From Camelus dromedarius (taxonomy: Eukaryota): a stretch of 64,000 bases of DNA. A program made the position numbers and the translations under genes. The stretch spans positions 73,100,001 to 73,164,000 of the forward strand of contig NC_087436.1 of assembly GCF_036321535.1 (NCBI RefSeq). The letters run 5' to 3'. The first letter of the stretch is position 1; the number at the start of each line of letters is the position of its first letter. The notes under the pieces are model-generated. The model had not been told where the DNA came from, ran no database searches, and saw only the letters and a program-made list of their open reading frames with translations. This document shows positions 1-12,050 of the stretch, piece by piece.

Positions 1-187
1 GTGAAGAAAGGGACTTGACCTACAGCAGATGCATTCAGCCAGGTGACAGTTTCCCATAAAAACCCTTAACACTCCTTGTTATGTTAGTATCAAGTATCAA
101 TGGGTTGAACCTTATTTTGCCAAGTGCATTTTTTCCTGTTCTTGAGTTGGCCAAGAAATTTAACTGCATTCAAGAAATATTGCTTAA

Positions 188-221
188 CACACACACACAC
201 ACACACACATGCACACACACA
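188..221 (+). repeat. (CA)n microsatellite
   Basis: Directly visible; interrupted once by tg. Confidence 0.95.
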
Positions 222-2589
222 TCTGAAATGTATGCTAATAACTGACGTCCTTTACCTCAAGGAGCAAGTCTGTTCAAGTCTACCCAAGGGAAACGGCTCC
301 AGGGGATTGAAAACAACCAGACACCATCCAGGGACAGGATTAGTCCTAAAGTGTCAGAGAGAATGTCAGAGCAGGAAGGAGGCCAGCAGCCTCTTCTCGA
401 CCATGGATTGCAAATGTTGACAGAGTGGGGCTCAACTTTGTTTACTTTCACCATGGCCCCGACAAAGTCTCCTGCCCTCCCTGGATGTCTGTGTCTTCAT
501 TTCTTAGGCAGGCGTGATGCTGTCATGTTGACCTCACCCCCTGCTACCTCACAAATAGGTTGTGAGGATTCATGAAATCATGTCTACTGCGTTTTCAGTT
601 TCTGGAGAAAAATATTTATAGACATCTTAAGTATTACACAGGTGTATGAGTGATCTCAGTTTCTTGTTTGTTGTTATACTGGTGTGTCGTTTTTACTTAA
701 ATCTATAGAACGACAGCTGTATAGTAGCCCATCAGACAGCTGTTCCAGCTCCGGGCTACCCCCAGTGCCACTGGCTGACCTCCTGGGACCACAGAGGATG
801 GTTTCCATCCTTGAGTGAAAGGATGGCCCAGGACACAGGTCTCACAGACTATTGAGTTAGGGTAATACATGGACACCTGAGCACTAAGAGCAGTAAACTG
901 GCCTTGACCACCCCAAAGTCTTCTGAGTTCTTTGTGGAGTTGATTTTGGTTTGATGTCATCTGTTTGCCCTTCATCTTGCTTGCAAGGGTGCATGGTTCA
1001 ATCCCTCGCATCTGGGAAACGAATTTTGCAACTGGGCCGGATGCTGATTTGTACGTTGATTCACCTTCTTTGCCTTTTACCTCTTTTTTGGCAAATGAAT
1101 GTACCATTTCAACTTTGATTTTAAAGTGCTAGTTGATTTTGGTAATAGCGCTAACTATGAGACCAATGCTAACCAAGAGACCAATGACAGATTGCTTTCT
1201 TGGAGTGAGTTAGCCAACCTCATTTAAAGATGGAAAGACGTGCAACTCCTTTGATATTTGCTGTCACTGTATCTACATTTGTTGTAAGACATGTTGCATA
1301 CTAATTATGATTATATCAATTAAAGTTTTTAAAAGCTTGCGTCTGACACTGGTGATTCACATTTTGATATGTTTTGTTATTCAAGCCATTCACTGGATAT
1401 CCTCAGTACTGCTCATATTAAGTAGACCTGGCTTGTTCTTAGAGCTAATTTATCCCACATCAATAAATAATATTTTCTGCAGAGTGGGATGCCCCCTCTG
1501 ATCTTGAAACAGAACTGAAGGATGTCAGAAATGAAGAAACTTCCCAAGCAGTGATTTTACTCTTAACTATACACCATGCCTTATAAAATAGTTGTAAAAG
1601 TAAACACTTTGGTTCAATTAATAGGTAGCGATACATAATCAAGTCTTATTGAGGCCATAATGGTACATTTGATACTTGCTTTGTTCGCCTTCAAAAAAGT
1701 CAGCCTACTCATCCTCTCTGGCAGTTAAATAGCCAGCAATTTCAATCATCCAGAATATAATTTCACCCCTCCAGAAGCCAACCAAAGACTATTCTGATTC
1801 TGAAGAAAACAGCAACAACAAAGCCTATGCATCTTGCAACACAGGAGAGGGGTGGATCCACCTGCAAACTAGAGCAAGCTGGTTTGAGGATGGATTTAAA
1901 CATGAGGTCAGATTCAGTAAGTTTCGGTACCTGGCTTCCAGCGGCACAACATGGAGGCTTGAATGGATGGAGTAAGGTAGACAAAGAGGACCAAACATGA
2001 AACAGGCCCTTTCCCATCCATCATTCAGTCATTTCTTGAGGACCTGCCATGGGCACGAAAGCAAGTAACAGCTCCATTATTCCAAGCTGGCTTGAACAGG
2101 TTTGGTCGGAAAGCACGCTAAGCGTGCGTAGAAAGGAAAAGCTTAATAATAATGTGCAGTGTTTACACACTATGAATTCTTGGGTCCAAGTCCACTTTTC
2201 CCCTGTATCGTAGCTTTTCCAAGTCAGGTCATAATCTGTTTCAATTATTTAGTAACCTACCTTGAATCTTTTACTCTCCTAAAATTCAGTGGCACTTACC
2301 AATAGCTCATAGCTATATTTCAATTTTCGTCAGAAAGGACTGAGTCATATATGACACTTAAAAACACTGATCAAATTGGGATAACCCCTGTAAGAGGTAT
2401 GATCTCTTCTCCTAAAGGATGCAGTCTTTGGCAAGTGTAGAATGGACTACATATACTGCCCTAAAACTGCATTATCTGTTCTGGTCAGTGAATGTATTGG
2501 GTTTCTGTTTTAAGCAAGACACTTAATATTTACTATAAAGAAGAAGTAACATATGTTCAGTAGGAACTTTTGGCTCCTGAGGGCAATTG

Positions 2590-2800
2590 TCTAATGTAAT
2601 CCTTGCATCACTTCCCTGATCATTACACTCTCACCATCTTACAGATAGGGAAACTGAGGTTCCAGGACATTCAACCCATTCACGCATGTACTGCACCCTT
2701 CTGCACACGCCACAGTGACTTAGGTGGCCCCTGCCCTCCGAGTGTGTGCGGTGCAGTAAGTGGCAGAGGTGGGACTCAAACTAGGTCTGTCTGTCACCAG
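2590..2800 (-). mobile_element. MIR SINE
   Basis: Core ccatcttacagatagggaaactgagg. Confidence 0.55.
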
Positions 2801-3274
2801 AGCCCTTGGTTGCTTTTCACCCAAGGGACTGGCATCAGATGTAAGTCTAACCCAGCTCTGAAGACTCACACCTCCTGGTAAAATGGGATCTTCCACCCCT
2901 TGCAAAGTCCCTCTCAGCTATTTTGGGCCATCTCGATGGTGTCTGGCATGCAGCCCGGAGCAAGCCCAGCCAGCTCCCAGGCACTTGTGCCCTGGCCAGG
3001 CACTGTCACCTTTCCGCTAACTCCTGCTGCCCTGCTGGGCTGTGTTCTCTGCCGAGCGGGAGACTGCCTCCCATTCCCCCTGTTCTGTCATGACGCCAAC
3101 ACAGGCCCCCACTGTTGCCCAGAGTGTTTGTGAGAGCCTCTCTCTCGGTTTCCACTGGCGGCCCCCCCGCTCCCCACAGCAGCCTGGACCAGGGAGGCTG
3201 ACCTGAGGGTCACTGCCCTCTCTTGCCTGAAGATTCCATTGTGACACAAACTTGTCTTTCCTTGGTGTCATCAT

Positions 3275-3500
3275 AAGAATGCTCATTCTCACATAGCACT
3301 TACTACGAGAAAGACACTGTTCTAAACATTTAACGTAAATTAACATCGCTGTGAGGGCGGTATTGTTGATATCTTCATGGTACAAACGAGAAAACTAAGG
3401 GCCAAAAGGCTGAGAAACTTGCCCAATGTCGTGCAGCTGGTAAGCAGTGAGGCAGGAGTCACATGTCAACAGCTGACCTCCAGAGTCCATGCTCTTGACC
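3275..3500 (-). mobile_element. MIR SINE
   Basis: gagaaaactaaggg...aacttgcccaatgtcgtgcagctggtaag...ccagagtccatgctcttgacca. Confidence 0.7.
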
Positions 3501-6344
3501 ATTTCCAGGGAGCCCTCGCTCTGTGCCAGAGGTTCCTGGCACACACGGTCACACATTCGGCCAGCCAGCAGACAGGCCCACCCAGGTCTGAACCCAGTGT
3601 GGGACAACCTGGGCACCCAGCACAGAAGCAGGATCCCTACCTGAAGAGAAGTTCCTAGAGCAGCCAGAGGGGCTCACTCAGGGCTTCCAGCCGTCCAGAC
3701 TCGGACCTGCCTGTAAGCAGATTTGGCGCTGCCAGCTGAGGTCCCCCACCTGACAGCCACTACAATCAACAGCAGGGGACTCCAGGCTGACCCTCCCCTG
3801 TCACCAGACCGACACAGCAGCTGTGGTGACAGAGTCCAGACCACTGTCTTGTTCTCCCACTGGCCATATCTCCCTTGGCACTTGGACAGAATTCACTGCC
3901 ACAAACAGTGCTGGGCAGAGTGTTGAAAAGTCCCAGCCCGTCAGAAGCCCGGTGCTGTCGGCAGGTGTGAGAGACAAATGCCGACCCCCAGCCCCCGTGC
4001 CGGGACATTCAGCCCTGGAACGAAGGTTCATCAGGGAAAAACTAAAGCCAGAAACACCTCTTCTTGTATTTCTGGAATGTATATTAAAATCTTAGTTCAA
4101 AGTTAAGGATCTCATATAGACATGAGAGTCTTACAAAAACTTTGCAAGAGCAGAAAGAAGAAAGGTTAGGGAGGCCATGGCAGGTAACTGCTGGCATTCT
4201 TGGGTCTCTGAGAAGCTGACGTCTCAGGCTGCAGCAGTGAGGCACGTGGTTCTCAGGAGCTCACGGGGAAGCCGCAGGTGCCTGCACACCTGACGGCAAA
4301 GGTTTCTGGAGAATGACTTTGCCTTTTCCACAAACCACTTGTGGACAAGCTCTAGCCAGAGCCTTACAGGAAAGAAGATTGCAAGTGGTTCCTGCCTTCT
4401 CCTCTGTATCGCAAAGGAGGTCTTAGGGCGGTAACAATGCTGAGCTGAGCATCAACAGGTGAGTCCAGTCCTTTCTTCTTACCCCAGAGTAGAACTTCAA
4501 AAAAAGAGCACCGCTTCATTCCTAACATGACATAACTGGCCCTTATACAACTGAGGGTGCTCTCACCTGCCCCCGAAAAGAAAGACAGCATCCCATGTGT
4601 CACTTAATCTCCAGGAATACCCACTCCTAGTTCAGATGCAATATTCCTTTGCTACCCTGCGACTTACATGCCACATTACAGGGTTAACCGCTTTGTATTG
4701 GAAGGGAGCGGTGAGAAAGGAGAGAGAAGGGACTGATTAACATATGTACCTATATACCTGTCAAAGCAAGAAGGAGAATGTGCATAGTTAGGAGAAGCTT
4801 CTTGTCTGCAGTGGGTCACGTGACACAGTGGTCTCTGCAGCTTTCTTAGCCCCTTCGCAGGTCCCTTTTGTTCTCAGCCAACACCTCCCCTGGTCGTGTT
4901 TCTTCACGTGGCAGGGTGACGCATATGTTCTGTCAGAATGTGAGTACAGCTTGGAGGAAAGAAAGGGGGTTGCTGAACTGGACACTGGTTCTACAATTCT
5001 CTCGCTTTGTCTTGCTTCTAGTCACTAAATCACTACTTTTACATTTATTGTTGTTACTTCTACTGTCTTTAAAGATACAGTAAATGAAGTTTTATGAAAC
5101 CACAAAATATGTATATTTCTATTTTGACCTAAATTTTTTTTCATTTTGACCTAAATTTTAAATGAACGAGAGAGAGAGCAGCTCACATTGCATGTGATGT
5201 ACCAAATTCTTTCCCCTCCCTGCTTTCAGTGCTCTTCCCTCTCCCCTCCCCTATCCCTCCAGCCTGCCTCATCCACCCACCCCACCCCTGCCAAATAGAA
5301 CAAAAAAGGTGGGGGAAGGAAATAGAGAAGGGGTTCAAAACCCCCCTCAGCACTTCTCTTGCTGCAGGCAGAGCCATGGTCACCCCCACCATCCACCCAC
5401 CAACCCTTCCCAGCTCCCCACCTCTGCTGGGGTCTTCTGAGAAGGATGCAGGCTTCCGAAAGCTGGATAGAAGACCTGCTGGGAAGGGCAGAGGAGAGTA
5501 AGAGCAATGTTTCCTTTAATTTATTCACTTTCAACGTGGAAGTTCCAAGGCTCATACCTCCCTCTGCATCCCACCAACCCCACCCTCTCTCCAGGCTGCA
5601 CATGGTTTTGCTGACCCTTGAAAACAAGTTCTGGAGCCGATATGAGATAAAACGAAATATAGAGTGAATAATTCCCAGTGATGATTAATTTCAGGTTTCA
5701 GGGGTTGTGTTCTCTCCTCTGAACATCCATTTCTGGAAAGCAGCCACGCTCACCGAGAAGCCTGCTCATGGGGGCACAGCCTTGAGGCCTTTGTCTGTCA
5801 CCTTCCAAGGGTTCTCAGCATCACCTGGCTGTTGGCCTCTTCTCCTCCAGAGTGGAGAGGGTAGATTTTCTGTCTATCTCCCATAGGTCAGTTTTAATGC
5901 CCCCATCAGAGTTCAGGTACATCCCTGAGCTAGAGGACTAACCTCCTGAGTCATCCTCGAAGGCTGACAGGTAGCTCTTCAGTAAAGAAAGGCACAATTA
6001 TTCTTTCCTAGCCTCTCTGAGCTCCTAGAAACCGAGGCAGCTGGTTCCCTGCAAGGTAATAGGCTCTCAATCCGACCACAGTCAAAATATCGAGCAAAGG
6101 AGAACTGGAAGACTAGAGAGTCAGCCAACTTTCCATCCTTTCCCCTTGGTCCTTCTCCACACTTAGGACACCAGCTGTGAGAAGAGAGGGGCAGTGGGAA
6201 ACCCAGGCTGCCACATGGAGGCATATGGGATTGAAGACCAACAGTGATGCACTGGCTTGAGAGCCTCATGTTTGCTCTATTAAAGGCCTTGCAATTCCCC
6301 TATGGAATAGACTGTGACAGCATTATAGCACTGGAAGCAAAAAT

Positions 6345-6560
6345 TTCATTTGTTCATTCATCACTCATCAAACAGTATTCACTTACACATTCTAGATGTA
6401 GAAACAAATGAAACAAGACATGGTCCTTAAGATGACAGTCAATCCTCAGAATGCTTTCAATCTAATCAAAGAGTGAAATCTGTGATTCCGTTCAGAGCTG
6501 TGGGTACCCTGATAGAGGAATGTGCAGGGGACAGCAGGAGCACAGAAGAGGATGTAGTGA
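6345..6560 (-). mobile_element. LINE-2 3' fragment
   Basis: ttcatttgttcattcatcactcatcaaaca...aacaagacatggtcct. Confidence 0.5.
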
Positions 6561-7039
6561 AAGGATGGAAAATGGCCTGACACATTTATTTCCATCCTCC
6601 TCATTCCCAGATCTCTCTCTGATCCACATTGCCCCGCTGTCTACCTAATCAACCCCCTGGGTTCCTTCTCTACAGACCCATCCTTTGCCATAAGTCCAAT
6701 TTTATCTTGGAAATGTACTTTCTTCCTCCTAATTGATCCATTAGAACCAGGAGTCTTGGCTTCCCCTGATCCTGGTCACACTCAGATCAACCCTCTCTTT
6801 CAGAGCTTGCTAGGTCCTAGTGGTGCCCCAGCTGGAACCTGGTAAGTATTGTGTCTCTAACTGCGGAAAGAAAGCAGGAGAGTGAGGAGAGAGGAAAGAG
6901 GAGACAGGAGAGGGAGGGCGAGGGAGAGAAAAGCATCCTTTCCTCACCTTACCACAGTTTCCTAATGATCACGAAAGAGGCAAATGGCCTTTCCTGACTG
7001 TGCCCTCAGAAGGAAGGGAGACAGGGAGAAGGGAGAGGA

Positions 7040-7215
7040 CATGTGTTGAATTCCTGTCATGTGCCTGCACCTTGAGGAAGGTATGAGGATCCGTTTAGAG
7101 ACCAGGAAACTGAGGTTCAGAATGGTTAAATGACCGTCCCATGGTCACAGAACTAGAAAGAGGTGGGATCTCAACTTCAAACCCGGAAATTCTTACACCA
7201 AAGCCCACCTTCTAC
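7040..7215 (-). mobile_element. MIR SINE
   Basis: ggaaactgaggttcagaatggttaaatgaccgtcccatggtcacag. Confidence 0.65.
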
Positions 7216-7224
7216 TTAGTATGA

Positions 7225-7386
7225 CAGTGCTTCTCAAACTTGAATGTGCCTGCAAATCACAGGGTGTCTTGTTAAAATACAGATTCTGAGCCATAGTTTG
7301 GGGTGGGGCCTGAGTCTGCATTTGTAATAAGCTCCCAGGTGGTACTGATGCTAAGGGTTCCAGGCTTCCCTCTGATTATAAGCACC
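7225..7386. mobile_element. MER5-type hAT-Charlie MITE
   Basis: cagtgcttctcaaacttgaatgtg...ggggcctgagtctgcatt...ctcccaggtgg. Confidence 0.75.
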
Positions 7387-7479
7387 AGGTAATATAAAAT
7401 GAAGCCTTCTACTCATAATCCCAGGTGAACCCCCAGGGCCTGACCAGAAGTTCCCAACAGAAGTGGTACACCACCTCCT

Positions 7480-7640
7480 AACCCCAGGGCAGCAGTGTGC
7501 AACAGCATAGATTGGTTTTGATTGGTAGTTGTTGCTATGACAGTGGAGTTACTGGCATTTAGCATCTGGGAGTCAAGAATGCCACAGATCCTACAATATG
7601 TGAAATAATCCAGGTTGGCATTCTCCGGAAGGTCCTGCAC
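7480..7640. mobile_element. MER20-like hAT MITE fragment
   Basis: ttactggcatttagcatctgggagtcaagaatgccacagatcctacaat. Confidence 0.5.
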
Positions 7641-8174
7641 GGCCCGGAATTGTCCCATACTTATTGTGGAACTCTGAACAGCAATGTGGGGTGTCGGCGC
7701 TGCTGTCAGACACCATCCCTTTGGCTGCCTTATCTCCATTACTTGTTCTCAGTCATTAGAAACATCAGCTCTGCCCTCCAGCTGTTCTGCTCCAAACTGT
7801 CATCAGTGACAGCTGCTCTCCAGGATATCACTGCACACGCATGAGTGCATGTTGATGTCTTGCTTCCCAGAACTCCAATGTGCCAATAGAAAAGATGGGC
7901 CCAATCAGAGAGTGGGATGGTCACAAAGTTCTGAGTACCCCCAAAGAGTTCAGGGATGCTGCTATCATACAAACTTGGACATTTTAGGAAAGCAAGTAAG
8001 CCGGATAATAAGTTCCTATCATTTTGCATTCCACGAGAATTCAAAAGGTATTTATTGAGAAGATGGGAGAGGAGCTGACATCTAGTAAGCTTCTCCCACT
8101 TACCCATAACTGGACAGACACGTTACAAATATTATTTCACCACATATGTAGCATGCAGGAGTCATGACAAACTC

Positions 8175-8710
8175 GGACTCTGGGCTAGAGTGATTGGGTT
8201 TGAATCTTGACTCATCTAATTACCAGTTGTATCACCCTGAAAAAATATTTCCCCTCTCAGCTCCTCAGCTTTTTCATCCATAAAATGGGGGTCAGAAGGG
8301 GACCTGCCTCATTAGGCTGCTATGAAAGGTACATGAATTAAGACCTTCAAAGTGCAGACAAATTGCTAAGTGTATGTCCACTAAATAAAACAGCCATGCA
8401 AGATAAGTTATTTTTTCATATTTTACAGATAAGGAAACTGAAGCTTACCCAAGTCTACACAGTGACAATCTGGTAGAATTTATCTGATCAATCATAATAA
8501 AAATTAATATTCACTGGGAACTGATTGTGTACCAGACATGATTTTAAGTAATTTAGTAGCATCAACTCAATTAATCCTTACAACCACTCTAAAAGATAGG
8601 TGTTATTATCCCCATTTTGCCATAGGAAGAAACAGACTTGCCCAAAGGTCCACATTTGTTAGTGGTAAATCCAGGAACTAAGCTTGTGAGTTGGCTTTGG
8701 AGCCCAGGTG
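8175..8710. mobile_element. Cluster of MIR fragments in both orientations
   Basis: gggtttgaatcttgactc...ctcagctttttcatccataaaatggg (+); ttttacagataaggaaactgaagc and attatccccattttg (-). Confidence 0.6.
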
Positions 8711-8842
8711 CCACAGTTCCAAATGTCATGCTTTATCCGTTTCCTTACCTAACCCTGTTGGTCTCCTACTCTGTGCCTAGCACTGAGCTAGGCATATTCT
8801 GGGATTAAAAAGAAGCAAAAAGTCACAAGGGTTACTTTCTTA

Positions 8843-8847
<5 letters not shown>

Positions 8848-8896
<49 letters not shown>
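8848..8896 (+). repeat. (TG)n(TA)n compound microsatellite
   Basis: Directly visible. Confidence 0.95.
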
Positions 8897-9410
8897 CCAG
8901 TCAGCCATAAAAAAAAAAAAAGAATGTAATAATGCCATTTGCAGCAACATGGATGGACCTGGAGATTGTCATACTAAGTGAAGTAAGCCAGAAAGAGAAA
9001 GAAAAATACCATGTGATATCACTTATACATGGAATGTTTAAAAATGACACAAAGGAACTTACTTACAAAACAGAAGCAGACTCACAGGCATAGAAAACAA
9101 ACTTATCATTACCAGGGGAGAGGGAAAGGGGTGGATGGTGGAGGAATAAAGTGGGATTTCGTGATTTGCGGATACAAACTACTATACATAAAATAGATAA
9201 ACAACAAGGTATAGCACTGAGAACTATATACAATACCTTGTAATAGCCTATAATGAAAAAGAATATGAAAAGGAATATATACATATAACTAAATCACTAT
9301 GTTGTACACCAGAAATTAACACAACATTGCAAACATGACTGTACTTCAATTAGAAAGAAAGAAAGAAGGAAAGAAAGAAGGAAGGAAGGAAGGAAGGAAG
9401 GAAGGAAGGA

Positions 9411-9486
<76 letters not shown>

Positions 9487-9555
9487 AAAGAAAAGAAAAG
9501 AAAAGAAAAGAAAAGAAAAGAAAAGAAAAGAAAAGAAAAGAAAAGAAAAGAAAAA
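8897..9555 (+). mobile_element. LINE-1 3' end with an expanded purine microsatellite tail
   Basis: Typical L1 end sequence from atgccatttgcagcaacatggatggacctggag to acttcaatt, followed by (GGAA)n(GAAA)n(GAAAA)n. Confidence 0.9.
9352..9555 (+). repeat. (GGAA)n(GAAA)n(GAAAA)n compound purine repeat
   Basis: 204 nt with no pyrimidine. Confidence 0.97.
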
Positions 9556-9559
9556 CTTG

Positions 9560-9720
9560 CAGTTACATCTCAGTCCTGCCAACTACTAACTTCGATGACC
9601 TTAGGAATGCTACTTAATCTCCCTGAGCCTCAGATTCCTCACCTGAAAAGAAGGTAGATGATAATATTTACTTGGCAATGGTGCTGATAAAAACTAAGTA
9701 AGATCCCTTAGGCATGTTGA
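9560..9720 (+). mobile_element. MIR SINE
   Basis: tacttaatctccctgagcctcagattcctcacctgaaaa. Confidence 0.6.
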
Positions 9721-11677
9721 GCATTGCTCAATGACTGATAACCTTAATCTCTTCTTTTCCTTTCTCTGAGCCTCAGAAGGAACAACAAAATGGAATTAGA
9801 AATGCAGGTACTGTTGACATGTGATCTACAATAAAGTCTCTGGATGACAGTTCAAAGAGTCCCATATTTGACTCTTGAATTGTAGTTTCATTCCATAAAA
9901 TCCATCCCATATAATTAAAATATCAAATGATCATGACCAAAAAACCCTCGCTTCGGATACACACTTTGATAAACATGTATTTAATATGTAAAAACAAACA
10001 CATGATATATATCTACATTTCAAAACATCTCCGAGTGGGTGGGAAGAGGCTGTTTGTTTCCTAAAAACTGGACTGAAGATGCTGCCTTTTCCTAGTAGGT
10101 TTCTAAGTAATCAGAATCAGCAGCCTTCATTGCTCCAGGGACTATGGAAATGTTCGATATTTGGTTCACTTGGGGAAAAATTTTCCACTGAGGAGTGAAT
10201 GAGTGAATGGTCAATTCTAAAGGAAGAGTTTCAAAGGTGACTTTTCTTACGGTAATCACCTACTCCCTTTTCAAAAGCACATAGCACCTATTGTGAATAG
10301 TAGCCTTCATCTTTGAAGACTTCCGCTCACTTCTCCAGAAAAGCCTTCCATGTCTTTATGACAACCCATTTAGCTTCCCTTGAAATCTGAAATTTGCCAC
10401 CCAGATATCTCCCTGAACAATGAAATCATCCTTACTCCACTTACCACCTTTTCTTGGTGGTTTCCCAAGCTCTGTTCATAAGAGTTTTAAAAAGTGACAA
10501 TCAATGCCTTCTTCATAAGCTGAGGTTGTGTATCCTAGTGCAGAGCAAGCTCTTCAATCAATCATGAGTTCACATAACATCACATTGCCTTGTCAATAAT
10601 TATTTGCACTGACCCAGATTTATTCTAAAAGCACATCAGTTTCAGCAGTTAGTACTCATAAATACAAAGTCTGCTCATTATGATTAAGTCCTATTTATGA
10701 TAAGCCTATAAAGATTTGAACTTCTCAAGTTAGGCCATCCTAAGTCACATGGTGTCGGTTTCCAAATACGTCATTAATCACATCTGATGTCTCTGCTCAA
10801 GAAAGGGATTCAGGTCTGTTAACTAATCCTCCTAACATCACTTCTCTCCGAGCTAGGAAAAAGATCGCAGTCTCAATTGAGCTATTTTTGGCAGTAGGTA
10901 ATCCCACGTCCCAGAGACAAAGTTCTTTGCATAATCAAATTTTCAAATGTCAGTTGCAGTTTGTAGGGTTATTAAAGTATTTCTGACTTTTGAAAAGGCT
11001 TTCAAATATCCTCAGATTGTTTAATCTTTCCTAATGAAGTTAGATAAAAGCTGAAGTTTCTGTCAGTCTGAGCCGTGGATGCTGAGTGCTAGGCCTGCAC
11101 ATTTAGTCCTGAAATATGTAGCCCTACATCCAGAGAAAATAGCCCAGCCTTGGCAAAGTTGAAGTCACAAGCTTGAAAAGCTTAAACAAACAAAGAGAAG
11201 CCATAAAGTATGTTTACAGTCTTTTAATAAAAAACCTATTTATATTGAGTGTATTCCCAACCCAGTTTCATTAATTGGCCCTTCTAGGAATTTGGGAAAC
11301 TGAAGGACAGAATAGTGTCTCATTTGACGGTAAACAAGACCAGCATACTTCAAAATCTCGTGATATGTACCATGTGAAAGAAGTAGGAAAGGTGACGAAG
11401 AAATGGCCATTGGCTTGGATGACACATAAAGACCAGATCCAACAATATTCATGCCACAGACATGTTACAAATGGACATGTAGGAATATTTTTCAACCTTG
11501 CTGGTAATTTTTAAAATTCTAAATAAGACTAGTGCACCATTTTGCATCATCAATTTAAATAACAGCAAACAAAAAATCCCCAACTTAAAAAACTGAAGGT
11601 ATTCAATACCAGAAATTCTGAGATGAAACTATCATTTCATGTATTTCTAATCAGATACAGTTTGGCATAAACTTTCT

Positions 11678-12050
11678 GTCATAGGTCAGAAATCCAAGAA
11701 TTGTTCTCCAAGATAGAGATTTGTGTGCAGAAGGTTTATTGGGGAGTGATTTGAGTATGGGAGAAGGGTGAATTAGAAATGCAAGACCATTGCAACAAAG
11801 GACTTGGCCAATCCCACAGGAAGTTTTGGGGCTGAGGTGATCCTTCAAAGTTGTCTCAAATTGGGGTGTTAATTATAAGCTCCCCTCTGCATAAATTTGA
11901 GTGAGGCAGGTCTATCCAGTCTATAGAAAGTCCCAGAAAGGGAACTTAGCTGAGAGCTATCTGCCACACATACTCCCACCAGCTGGGGGAATGAATGAAA
12001 GAAGTTGGAGGGGGATCTGGGTGGCACACCATGGCATCCTCTGTGGACAA
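11678..12050 (-). mobile_element. ERV-L LTR (LTR16-like), 3' LTR of the adjacent remnant
   Basis: gagatttgtgtgcagaaggtttattggggagtg contains AATAAA on the minus strand (11735-11740) and resembles the LTR16 end; contiguous with ERV-L internal sequence. Confidence 0.65.

Noticed and set aside
257..454. 65-aa minus-strand ORF with a good Kozak context (gccATGG)
   Set aside because: Short, no recognisable homology, and it stops just before the apparent splice donor.
985..1020. B-box-like ggttcaatccc suggesting a tRNA or SINE
   Set aside because: No T-stem pairing, A-box, cloverleaf or tail.
703..1107. 134-aa minus-strand ORF
   Set aside because: No recognisable domain or convincing splice sites; the length is compatible with chance.
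5121..5159. 17-bp direct repeat attttgacctaaatttt (similar small duplications near 21150-21240, 27610-27633, 50505-50532 and 60337-60374)
   Set aside because: Only two copies each, consistent with ordinary slippage duplications; not CRISPR-like arrays.
9335..9589. Lys/Arg/Glu-rich and Phe/Ser/Leu-rich ORFs
   Set aside because: Translation of a microsatellite; the same applies to the ORFs at 20644-20958.
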